Source: Stegostoma tigrinum
Lineage: Eukaryota
Direction: 5' to 3'
Length of the DNA: 64,000 bases
NCBI RefSeq assembly: GCF_030684315.1
Contig: NC_081354.1
Coordinates: 19,400,226-19,464,225, forward strand
The notes below the pieces were generated by a model that was given only the letters and a program-made list of their open reading frames with translations, was not told the origin of the DNA and searched no databases. This document shows, piece after piece, positions 51,915-63,182 of the stretch; the stretch's first letter is position 1, and each line of letters opens with the position of its first letter. The position numbers were made by a program, and so were the translations under genes.

Positions 51915-52260
51915 ATCCAGCCTTCATAGCTCAAATGTTCCATCCCGGGCAGCATTTCGGTGAGGCTCCTTTGCACTGTACCCTGCCTTTCCCCAACCCA
52001 ACTTCGCCCAACAAAAGTATCACCTTCCTGTAAAGTGGTAACCAGAACTGCATACAGTACTCCACTGTGCCCTGAACGCAGTTCTGTCCATCTCCAATAT
52101 GATCTCGCTGCGGCTATAATCTGTGCCTTGACTGATAAAAGGAAGCATCCTGTATGTTGTCTTCAGTTCTTCAGTACCTTATTAACCTGTCCTGCTTCCG
52201 ACAGGAGTCTGTGTACAAGTATCAGAAAATCCCTCTGTTCCTCTGAGCTTCCTATTAGAT
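51915..52260 (-). mobile_element. CR1 fragment (minus)
   Basis: ACCAGAACTGCATACAGTACTCCA is the reverse complement of the LEYCMQFW-coding motif. Confidence 0.7.
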
Positions 52261-54530
52261 GTATCCATTCTTAACTTGGAAAAATGTGTTTTATCTCTTC
52301 AATTAAGACCTAAACTGATGTTTATTAGTGTTTTTCTGGCCTGTTGTTCTATTTTCCCAATTTCATAATTTACATCTGTATGGCTTATATGTGTTTATGA
52401 TAAATAACAATGTTAGAAATGCCTAAGTCGTCAGCTGGCATTAATGTTAAGAGCAACAGGATTAATGTTTGGGTTACTGCTTTATTATCAGAACTGAGAC
52501 ACTTGTTGCTGTTTTACTTGCAGTCTACTTCCAACGTTTTCTATATTTATTTTGTATTGTTTGTCTCCACTATATTCTACTGTTGTGGGTTTATTTGTTC
52601 TTTAGCTACTTCCAACAGAGTATAACACTGGAGGAATACTGCCTGGGAGGTTGTGGGTTCGCAGTAATGGTTTTTAATCCATTAATTGAATTGATATGGA
52701 ATGTTAGCAATTTTTTTAGTCCTCCTTCCCTGTAAACACCTGGGTTTCCCAATCTTGGAGTTAACACTTCTACTGATTTGAAACATTTTCCAACTTTGTC
52801 CATGAAAATAGTTCTGTATATTTTCTTCAAAATCTCTCTCTGCTGTAATGTTCAAACTTTAAAGCAATATTTCCATTTTGTTTTTGTTTTGTTCTGTACT
52901 CTATATGGTTGGATGACTTTATCAAATGCTTGTGCATTGCATTCTCAGGCTACATGTGCTTTCAGAGCTTTGTGTTGACTGGATCGTTTCGGATATCTAG
53001 CTAAAACATACATGTGGGTTTTTGCCTTTGGCTCACAAGTACTTCTTTCATATTGTTTTGGATTATGTTTAAAAAGGTCGACATTTATGAAAATGCTTTC
53101 TCCATCACTTTGAAATTCAGTGTTTCCATCACATTTGTTTGACCAAACAACTCATACAGCATATGTCGTCCTTTTGTTAATCAATAAATTACATTAATAC
53201 AAAATCTTTTAAAATCCATGATCCCAAAGTGCTTCAGTCTCTCTCCCTCAGCCTCATTTGCTCTTATTATCTCTTTCTTTCTCCCTTCTTCACCTCTTTC
53301 TGTTATTCCCCCACTCACGCTGTCTTCCCCCACCCCCACTTTTCTCTGTCACTGTCTCTAGTCCATCACTCCAGTCCTTTGCGCTGTCCTACACATCCTC
53401 TCTCATTTCCCTGCTGTTTTAAGCTTCCCTTCAACTATTAATCCTTTAATTTTAATTTATACTATTAGATCCACAACCTAAATTCCTGATTAGCATACCA
53501 TGCATTTGCAAATCACTGTACAAATGATGACCACTAAGTGACTTTGACTTTTGTTAGCCAAGCCATGGGAAAAGTGCAAGATTTTTGTTCTTGAAATAAT
53601 TGACCCACTTCCATTGTGGTTTTATGACTGGTCGCTGATCTGAGCATGCAAGTAAATTTGCGAGGATAGATCATTTGAAGATATCAGTGTACAGATTTGA
53701 CTGAAGTGCTTTCAACTGTCAGGTGTAGACAAATATTTAACCCTTTTTTAAATTTGTTTTCTTTCTTTTAACATCTCAACTTGAAACGACATACTATTTT
53801 CTTTACAGAAGGTGCCCTTGATATGATGTAAAGTCACGTCCAACAATGGTTTAATGATCCCCGGTAAAAAGACATGATTCATGTTCACTGCTTATTTTTC
53901 TCCTCTGAAAGGAAATGTCTAAGTCATCAAAATGGGAGCATTGATTTTAAAAAGCATTTTTCACATCTTCAGGACATCACAAAGCACTTCACAGCCAATT
54001 AGTATTTTCAGTACATAGTCATTGTTGTAAAGTAAGGAGACAGAGCACTTAACTCAGCAGTGAGGAAGGTTATCAGATATTGATGGAGAATATGCAAGTG
54101 TTGGTCACGGCATCATTTAAAGCTCCTCTGTTCCTTCAATTGTCCCATGTGATGAGGCTAAAAGAAAGATCTGGTGAGCACCTATGGCTGAGAAAAGCAA
54201 ATAAGTATATATAAACATGCGTAACAAGAAGTACTGCAAAAGTCTCAATTACGTGAATTCTGAAGGAAACAGGAAATTTTAAAATTACTTCAAAAGTAAA
54301 GGCTTCCTGATTTATCTCCAACTTTCTCCTAGAGTGATCCCTGCACAGCATGGCATGCTTGGTCTCTAAAAGCACAAAGTGGAATGTTCAAAGCAGTCTT
54401 TGCTATGTAATAATCAGCTATTTTGCAGCAGAAGCAGTTTGATTTGGCCTGTTGATAAATGATAAATGATGGAAAATCAGGAGACGCTTCAAACTGAGAT
54501 TCTCCTGTGTGAGGCGACATCAGTTATCCT

Positions 54531-55743
54531 AAATCAATACTTCACCCATTGTTGCCTCAGCTGGTGTTTCAAGTCTTTCTTCCTTATTTGACCAACACAC
54601 ATCAGTTAATACTTCATTTTTACTAAAGTTGCTGATTTCTTTTAAAATTTTGAAAGAATGCATCTTCCTGTTTATTTACCTATTAGAGGAAGGTGAAAAA
54701 TAAAACTCCATTGGATTGTCTCTGCAGGTATCTGGTATTAAATATAATTTGTTGCCAGTCTAGAAGATCAATTAGGCAGTTATATGCTATTTCACATTGA
54801 AGTGTTCTGAATGCTTCAGCACTTGTGCTATTTAACTGGCCTAATTTTGACAACTGGTCAGATGGAAGGCGATAATGCAAATTTTCATACTTTGGATTTA
54901 CGCTGTGATTCTGGAAATTATGATTCTGGGTGCTGTAGTTTGTGCTGAGAATAAGTTGAAGCACAGCAATGTTAAATGAGAAAGCAAAATACTGCACATG
55001 CTGAAATACTGGAACTAATATCTGCAGAAGGAAATGTTACATGAAATGTCAGTGATTTTTCATTTTGTTCTGATTTTCTCCTAACATGCTCTGTGTGATG
55101 GTACTGTGCCTTTTAATAGGGACTTATTCTGTGCTATTTCTTCTGCAGAGTGGTGTTATCACCCTGGCGCCGGAATGTCTGTTTCAGACGCAGTGGGTAA
55201 ACAGTTTTGAGCTCAGTGGTTTTTAAAATTAGCAGAAAGAAGCATGGGTAGATAGAGTCAGGCTCTCTCCAGCACAGGGTTTGTTTTGCTTTCAGTTGAA
55301 GTTGGTGTTTGAAGTTGATGTATCCAGCTGTCTCTGGTAGATTTGTTTCTTTTGGTGTTCCTTTCTCCCGGATTGGAGATAGCATGTGAGAAAAATCTGT
55401 TCTGCTGAAGTTGCCTTTGATAATGGCATGTTAATGGATGCTGCTGTATTGGAACATGTTTCCAAGATATATTTCGAGGGTTTGGTCCAGTCCATAACAG
55501 CTGTTTATATTTAAGCTGTATTGCCACATGGTAATCAAACATCCTGCCCAGCAATAAATTTTAAATCTTCAAATGAAATCTTAGACTGAACTGAAATTAA
55601 AAATTAAAAATCTTTCAGTCAAATTTTGGCAATGTGTAAATGACGATAGCAATGCTAATTGAATGTTTTTGACCAATTCTGAATCAATACTTCACCATTG
55701 TTACCTCAGCTGGTGCTTCAGTCTTTCTTCCTGATTTGACCAA
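54531..55743 (+). repeat. Dispersed ~62-bp direct repeat (54531-54595 and 55682-55743)
   Basis: AATCAATACTTCACCCATTGTTGCCTCAGCTGGTGTTTCAAGTCTTTCTTCCTTATTTGACCAA versus AATCAATACTTCACCATTGTTACCTCAGCTGGTGCTTCAGTCTTTCTTCCTGATTTGACCAA. Confidence 0.85.
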
Positions 55744-56955
55744 TGTAATTTACTTTGCTAACCAACAATTAGGCCTAATTAACGTTGCTTTTTGTAAGAT
55801 GTGAATTGTAACATTTTGATTACATGCAAGAAGTGTAAGACTTTACCAGATGCTTTTAGTGTGCAGCAGGGTGTTTAATATTGATCCTCAAAGTTGACAG
55901 ATATATTTGCAGAACATCTTGGTTTTGTCAAGAAGAAAATTGAATTTTTTCTGAAAGGCAAATAGATTTTATCTGCGTTTGATGGTATATTTTTCAGATG
56001 ACTAAGATTGTTGTGAATTTAAAAATGAATTCTGATTCAGGTTTCAGAGACAATTTTCAAGTCATGCCTCTTGTTGATCACTTTTGACTTAAATGCAAAA
56101 ACTTTGCCAAGCTGTACGAAAGAGCTGTTGAGACAGTAATTCATTTGTTACTGCTTGTATCTCTGAAGTGCAGTTTTCCACATGTATTTGCATTGCTAAA
56201 AAGTTTTTAGAAGCAATTTTTACATAGTCTGGTATTTGAAATGGTCTCAAATTAAACCAGGATACCACAATCTGTATAATAGCAAACTGGCTTATCTTTC
56301 TTTTTGAGATCAAGGCAAGTTATCAATTTAAAGATTTATTCTTTCAAGTTTATACGCTTGTGTATAACTTGTAAGACTTTAAAAAATTGACTACAGTGCA
56401 AAGTTTGTTTTGTTGTCTAATTGTTTCAGTTTTCTTTTTTGCCTCATTTAAGGAAGAGCTGTAGAAATCATATGATCTTTGAATTTCACGGACAAATTAT
56501 TTTGCATTGTTTATCTTAAGTTCAAAGGAATTGCAATGATGAACATTCAATTTGTAGGTCTGCTAAATTGTGTATATTTTTATGGAGCATCAATATTGGT
56601 TTGGTGCTGTTAGTCAGGCAGTTAATTTTCTATGATTATTTTTAGACAAGTTACCGTGAAAATATTGTGACTGAAGGTTTCTAGATTCAATAAAAGTCGC
56701 AGTCAGTGACACATACCGCTATGAGTTCCTTCATGTGGATGAGCGGCTGATCTCCACAACAGATATTTAATCCTCTTCTGACATTGTCCTCTCTAGAGAA
56801 ACAAGTGTGTTATACAACACTGGCCAAGAGTGACACTGAAGCCCAAACTTTTCAACACTTGATCATATTCGCTGAGTCACAAAATGCACTTCCTTTAACC
56901 AGGTATAATTATCAATAATCTTATTCAGATTTCCAATAAACTGAAACCTGTAGTG

Positions 56956-57166
56956 ACAAGATGTAGGGCTGGATGAACAAAGCAGGCCAAGCAGCATCAG
57001 AGAAAGCAGGAAAGCTGATGTTTTGGGCCTACACCCTTCAGAAAAGGGTCGAGGCCCAAAATGTCAGCTTTCCTGCTCCTCTGATGCTGCTTGGCCTGCT
57101 GTGTTCATCCAGCTCTACACCTTATTATCTCAACTTCTCCAGCATCTGCAGTTCTTACTATCTCTG
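56956..57166. mobile_element. Miniature fold-back Penelope family-1 element (~85-bp arms) with 15-bp TSD
   Basis: 56956-57038 is the reverse complement of ~57044-57125; tail on the right arm only; TSD CTGAAACCTGTAGTG (56941-56955) / CTGAAACCTGTGGTG (57164-57178). Confidence 0.9.
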
Positions 57167-57879
57167 AAACCTGTGGTGTCTTGCTCCTACGATAATGCCA
57201 GTATATATTGCGGACAGCTGTCTATTTCAGTTATCCGTGTACATATGTTGGCTCTGATTTAATTTCAGTTCAAATGCATACATGCTGTACATCACTTTGA
57301 ATGCATTAATCCAAATATTTGCAGTCATTCTTAGTGTAACTAGTTATTCAATATCTTCAGTATTTAATGTATTTCCCGTTTAAAACTATATTGAATTAGG
57401 TTAGGCTTTGCTAAATAGTTCAGTAAAATAGATTGTTGCTGGCCATATTGTTGTGAAAACAGAACAATTGTGTCTTCTTTTAAGATGCAGCTTAAAAGCT
57501 TTTCTGGAACTGGGCAAATGTTATCGCCCGAGCTTAGCTTGAAACAAGGGGCAACATTTAGAGAAGACAGCTTTAAATTCTGGATTTTTTAAAAATTGTT
57601 CATGTAAGCCATATGATCTTGAAGAAGGTTAAGTTCAGTGGGTTAAGAGCAGATCTCACCATGGTAGATTGGAATCAAAGATGGGCAGGCAAAACTACAA
57701 ATGAATAATTGGCCCCCTTTTAAAAAGGAGCTAGTTCTGGTTTGGTTGAGTTTCATTGCCAAGAGACACAGACAGGTATTAAACCAAGCCGAAGAGCTTC
57801 CTGGGTAATGAAAGTCAGTGTGAGCTACTTAGAAAAAAGTACTTGTAAATATCTGGTTGATAATATGTTTGAACACAAC

Positions 57880-58400
57880 AGAGTATAGAAGGAAAAAAAA
57901 CTGTGGTGCATGTAATTTATTACTGAGAAATCGTGTGAAGTGATGACTTTCGATATGAAGAATAGGAGAGGCAATATGAAACAAAGGGTACAATTCCAAA
58001 GGGTGCAGCAGCGAGGGACGCAGTGATATGTACAAATTTTTGAAGTAGGCAGGGCAGACTGAGGAAGCAGTTAATATTGCTAAAAGGCTCCTGGACTTTA
58101 TAAGTAAAGGCATGTCACAAAAGCATAGAAGTTATGATTAACCATTACAGTAAAACAAAATTGATAAACCTTAGCTGGAGTCTTGCATCCAATTCTGAGC
58201 ACCACACATGAGGAAGGTTGTGAACGCTTCAGGGGAAAGATGTGCAAGAATGGTTCCAGGATGAGAGATTTTAGTTGAGGAGATTGATGAAGCTGAGCTG
58301 ATTCTTGGGGGAGAAAAGGTTGAGGAAATTTAATTGTGCTCAGTATTGTGAGCGGACTAGAAAGTAGTTTGGAAGAAGAAACCATTCCCGTGGGCAGAAT
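57880..58400 (+). mobile_element. Degraded CR1 fragment
   Basis: CTGGAGTCTTGCATCCAATTCTGAGCACCACAC and AGAATGGTTCCAGGATGAGAG. Confidence 0.7.
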
Positions 58401-59139
58401 GCTTACAAAGAAAAAGAACTAATGGCAGCCAGTGTTATAATCTGATGTAATATTACTCATCAAGTCATACACCAAAATGAAACCTAGCATGATGGATTCT
58501 ATGTTTAGTTTCTTGTTTTGTTGAGTTAGTCAACATAGTTGAGAAGTTATTCATGCGAGGCTGCAGATTTTCTTAAACAACAGAACAAAAGGCTATTCCA
58601 CAAAGCACAAAATCTTAATTTTTTATCTTAATAAAGAAAATGTTTTAGAAAAGTTTTAAAATACCCAGGAAATCAGTGTACAACTTATTTCTTGATGCCA
58701 ATTTACATGAAGTCTGGAGAAATTACCCCTCTACATCAAATCTTGCATCTGCATCACTGAATTTCCCCACTTTCTTGGCTGTGAATTGTGGCATTGTCTT
58801 ACATGCGCGCACTTAGCCTCCAAAAGCATGCAGATTTTTAACCAAACTTATGTTTGGAAGCTGTATCAAGTTCTACTGAGGTATCTTATCTGTTGAACTG
58901 CTCTGGAAAACTCCTTTGAAAGAGAGTGGCTATACTTATTCCTAACTCCTATTGTTGTCTCCTCCAAACTGTCCTCAAAATTTTTGGATTTTCAAAATTG
59001 TGTTGATTTGCTTTGATGTCAGTTATGTCACAATCTTGAAAGCACGACTCTCAAAACCCTGTTGATGTCTTAATTATTACAGGAGGAATGCTTCTTGTAC
59101 ACAATAAACGTGTGTGTGTATATATGTGAACAAACAAAT

Positions 59140-59750
59140 TAGAAGCAGGAATGGGCCATTTAGCCCCTTGAGCCTGCTCTGCCAACTTGTAAGATCATGA
59201 TTGATCTGACTTTTAATGTGAAATCTGAAAGAATCTGCATACCTCTGTTTTAAAGTATTGAAGGATTTTTCCATCACCTTTACAGGAAAAGAATTCAAAA
59301 GATTGTCAGAAAAACTTTGAATCTCCGTTTTAAGTGGGTGGCATGCACTTTTTAAGCACTAATGACACAAGTTTCTAGATTTTCCCATAAGAGGAAACAT
59401 TCTCTCTGCACATCTACCTTGTCAAGAAGCCTCAAATGCTTGCTTTTTAATCAAGGTATCTCATACTTCTTTAAACTACTGTAGATAAAAACCTAGCCTG
59501 TTCAACCTTTCCTCTTAAGTATGCTTCCAATTCATTTTAGTCATTCTATTAAAGGAAGAACATAACTTATTTGCAGCACTCCAAACGTGGTCTTGTGCCC
59601 TATTTAATTGAGGCGTGTAACTACTTATTTTTGTATTCAATTCCTCCAGCGATAGATGAGAACATTTTTAGCTTTCTTAATTATTTGCTGTACCTGATCA
59701 CTAACATTTTGTGGTTCATGCATGAGTACACTTGAATCCTTTTACATTTG
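59140..59750 (-). mobile_element. CR1 3' fragment (minus)
   Basis: AGAAGCAGGAATGGGCCATTTAGCCCCTTGAGCCTGCTCTGCCA is the reverse complement of the CR1 3' terminus. Confidence 0.75.
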
Positions 59751-59829
59751 AGCTATGAAGGTCTATTGATCTGGAATGCACTGCTCAATTGTGATAGAGT
59801 CAGATTCTCTTGTGGCTTTGAATCACTAT

Positions 59830-61820
59830 AAAGTCGTAGTCATACAGCATGGAACAGATGCTTCAGTCTAACTCAGCTGTGCTGACCAGGCATCCAAATT
59901 TGACGACCTCCCATTTGCCAGCATTTGGCCCTTATCCCACTAAGCCTATCCTATTCATATACTGATCCAGGTGCCTCTTAAACATTTCAATCGTACCCTT
60001 CACCATCACTGTCTCTCCTACCTTCAAGCTAATTTTGTATCCAATTGGCTAGCACCCCCTTGGATCTCGTGATCTAACCTTGCTAACCAGCCTACCGTGC
60101 AGAACCTTGTGGATCGCTTTCCTGACGTCCATACACGCACTACTGCCTTCATCAATCCTCTTCATCACTTCCAAAAAATTCAAGCAAGTTCATGAGAGCA
60201 ATTTCCCAAATAGCCATGTTGACTATCTCTAATTGGTCCTTGCTTTTCCAAATGGTTGTAAATCCTATCCCTTAGAATCCTGTCCGACAATTTTCCCATC
60301 ACACGTAACATTCACTGGCCTGTCGTTCCCTGGCTTTTCCTTTTTATCTCCATAAATAATGACACAACGTTAGCCAACCTAGAGTCTACCAGCACCTCGC
60401 CTTTGGTTATCGATGATACAGCTATCTTAGCAAGGGGCCCAACAATTGCTTCCCTAACTTCCCACAAAGTTCTGGGAAACACCTGATCCTAGAGATTTAC
60501 CTACCTTTTGGGTGTTTTAAGATGTCAAGCATAAACTGTTCTCAAGACATCACAATTTATTTTCCTAAGTTCCCTAGCTTCTATCTCCCTCTCCACAGTA
60601 AACTCGGTAAAATACTTGTTTAATATCTTGCCCCATCTCCTGTGGTTCCACATGAAGACGGCTTTGATGATCTTTTCGGGGCCTTATTCTTTCCTTAGTT
60701 ACTCTTGTGCCCTTAATGTACTGAAAATCTTTTTGGATTCTTCTTAACCGTATTTGCCAAATCTATCTCATGTCCCCTTGTTTCCCTCCTGATTTCCCTC
60801 AAGTATACTCCTTCTACCTTTGTACTCTTCTAGGGATTCATTTGATCCCAGCTGCCAACATCTGATATTTACTGCCTCCTTTTTCTTGACCAGAGCCTCA
60901 ACTTCACTAATCATCCAGCATTCCCTACATCCACCAGCCTTGCCCTTCACACTAACAAGAACCTACTGTCTCTGAACACACACGCATTTTTTGAAGGCCT
61001 CCCACTCTCCAACCATCTGTTTACCTGCAATAGCCTCCCCCATACAACTCCTGAAAGTTTCTGTCTGATAACATCAAAATTGGCCTTAATCCAATTTAGA
61101 ACTTGGAACCTTTTAGGTCAGCCTCTCCTCTTCCATTACTATCTTAATACTAATGCGATTATGTTCACTTGCCCTGCCTTTTTACCCCAGAGAAGGTCAT
61201 GTATGGCTCATCCTTTAGTAGGTACATCCATGTATTGAATAAAAGAGTTTTCTTGTACACTGTTAACAAACTCCTCCCCATCCAAACCCATAACACTGTT
61301 TGGAAATGTAAAAACCCAGACCTTTACAGTTCTATTATTCTTAGATATCAGAGTTCTCCTTAGATATTTGCTTTTCAATTTTCCACTGGGAGCCTATAAT
61401 ACAATCCCAACAAGGTGATCATCCCTTGCTTATTTCTCCGTTCCACCCACGCAACTTCCCTGCACGATCCACCGGGACTATCTCCCTAAGTACAGCTGTA
61501 ATGTTCTCGCTGACCAAAAACCATGACCAACCCCCACCTTGCTTGCTATTGCATCTATACCCCAGGACATTTAAGCTATCAGTCCTTTCCATGCCTGAGC
61601 CACATTTCTGTAATAGCCATTATACCCCAGTCCCATGTTCCCCACCCTGCTGTAAGTTAATCTGCCTTACCTGTCAGGCCTCTTGCGTCAAAGTAAATGC
61701 AGTTTTGTTTATCAGTCATACTTCGTTCTCTGCCGAATTCTTGTCTCCCTTGACTATTAGTCTTTTTCCCCTTTTCTACTGTATCAGCCTCATCCTTTTT
61801 TTTTCCCCTCACTATATCAC
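59830..61820 (-). mobile_element. Long degraded CR1 LINE (minus)
   Basis: GTCATACAGCATGGAACAG 3' end, CAGAACCTTGTGGATCGCTTTCCTGACGTCCATA (RT motif, antisense) and GGATTCTTCTTAACC (KKNPK region, antisense), extending into the endonuclease region. Confidence 0.85.
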
Positions 61821-62389
61821 TTAGGAGGTTGATAGGCAGGGCAAAGGATGAGACCCTGCATAAAGCATGTAGGAAGTTAGACAGGAGGCTTAAAAGTAGG
61901 TCCTTGAGTGCTGTACTCAGTGGATTATTCCAGAGGGGAAAAGGCTGGTAAGTGGGCTTACCTAAGTATCTCTCTCAGGTAACATGGATATGACTGGGTG
62001 AATGGCCTCATGGTAATAGCATTCTATGATTTAATGACTTCCCTGTTGGTAGATTTTGAGGTATCTCTTTTGAGATATAAATACATAACACGTGTCACCT
62101 TTACACTTCAATTTGAGATTACCTTCTCCATATGAAGGAGACATTTGGGCGCGATTCCAATTATTATCTCATGAAGTAGAACTTTCTATCATTGCAACAG
62201 AAATGTAGAGTATCTGAGTGCAATTTTCTGATTTACCGAATATTCTGACTGTGAATGCAGGTAGAGATAAAGGTTCCTTATATGAAAGCTTAGGAATTAT
62301 CTATGTGCCCCTTGGTACAGTCATTGCCTGTCTTACCCCTGGAATGATTTTGATCTCAAAACACACAAACTGCTGCAAGTACTTTAAAT

Positions 62390-63180
62390 ATTAAAGGCAT
62401 TGAAGGGTGTGGGGAGAAAGTGGGAATATGGCATTGAGAGAGAATCAGCCAGAATCCTGTTGAATGGCGCAACAGGCTCAAAAGGCCAAATGGCCAACCC
62501 CTGCTTGTTTTTGTTTCTGTGAATGGGAGGGTATTAAGATAACTTTGTTAGTATAGGATGGAACAAGTACAATTGCAAGACACAGTCTAGGATCTGAAAA
62601 TATGGAAGCCATACAGGTGAGAGGAAGACGATACTGGTGGGAATAGTTGGTAGAGACCCCTGCCAGCTGTTAGGTATGACAGGATAAATCAGGAATGAAT
62701 GCGAGCACGTAGAAACGAACTTTTGGACTCGTGGGGAACTTCGACATCACGTGCCTTGGCAATGTGATATTCTGAATGTACATGAAGGCTAAGTAAAAGA
62801 TCTCCCTTGAAACAGTGATCATAACAGAATGTTATGTTGAAAACAACTGTGCTAGATGTAAATAATGGTCATTACATTGGGATGAGGGGTAGTGATATTG
62901 GAATGGACTGGGAAAGGCATTTAAAAGACAAGACAGTTGAGGACTGGAGACAGATGTTTAAGAAAATAGTTTGACTTGCAGTCAAGATATATCCCAGCGA
63001 TTTAAGGGGGATTCTAGGATAATCTGACTGTCGTTAATCAAGGAAATTTAGGACAGTATCAAATTAAAAGAAAATGCATAGTGTGGCAAAGATTAATGGT
63101 AAGCTAGAAGACTGTCAGCATTGTAAAAACCAACAAAATGATTTCTTAAAAGGGAGAAAATAAGCTGGGATCAAACTCAT
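62390..63180 (+). mobile_element. Degraded CR1 fragments
   Basis: TTGAATGGCGCAACAGGCTCAAAAGGCCAAATGGCC 3' end, then an endonuclease-region remnant ACAGTGATCATAACAGAATG (SDHN). Confidence 0.65.
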
Positions 63181-63182
63181 GT

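Noticed and set aside
16018-57070. Selective inactivation of sense-strand hammerheads in host introns
   Set aside because: 18349 (sense) is mutated and 16018 (antisense) intact, but 50927 (sense) is intact and 50161 (antisense) mutated; no consistent pattern.
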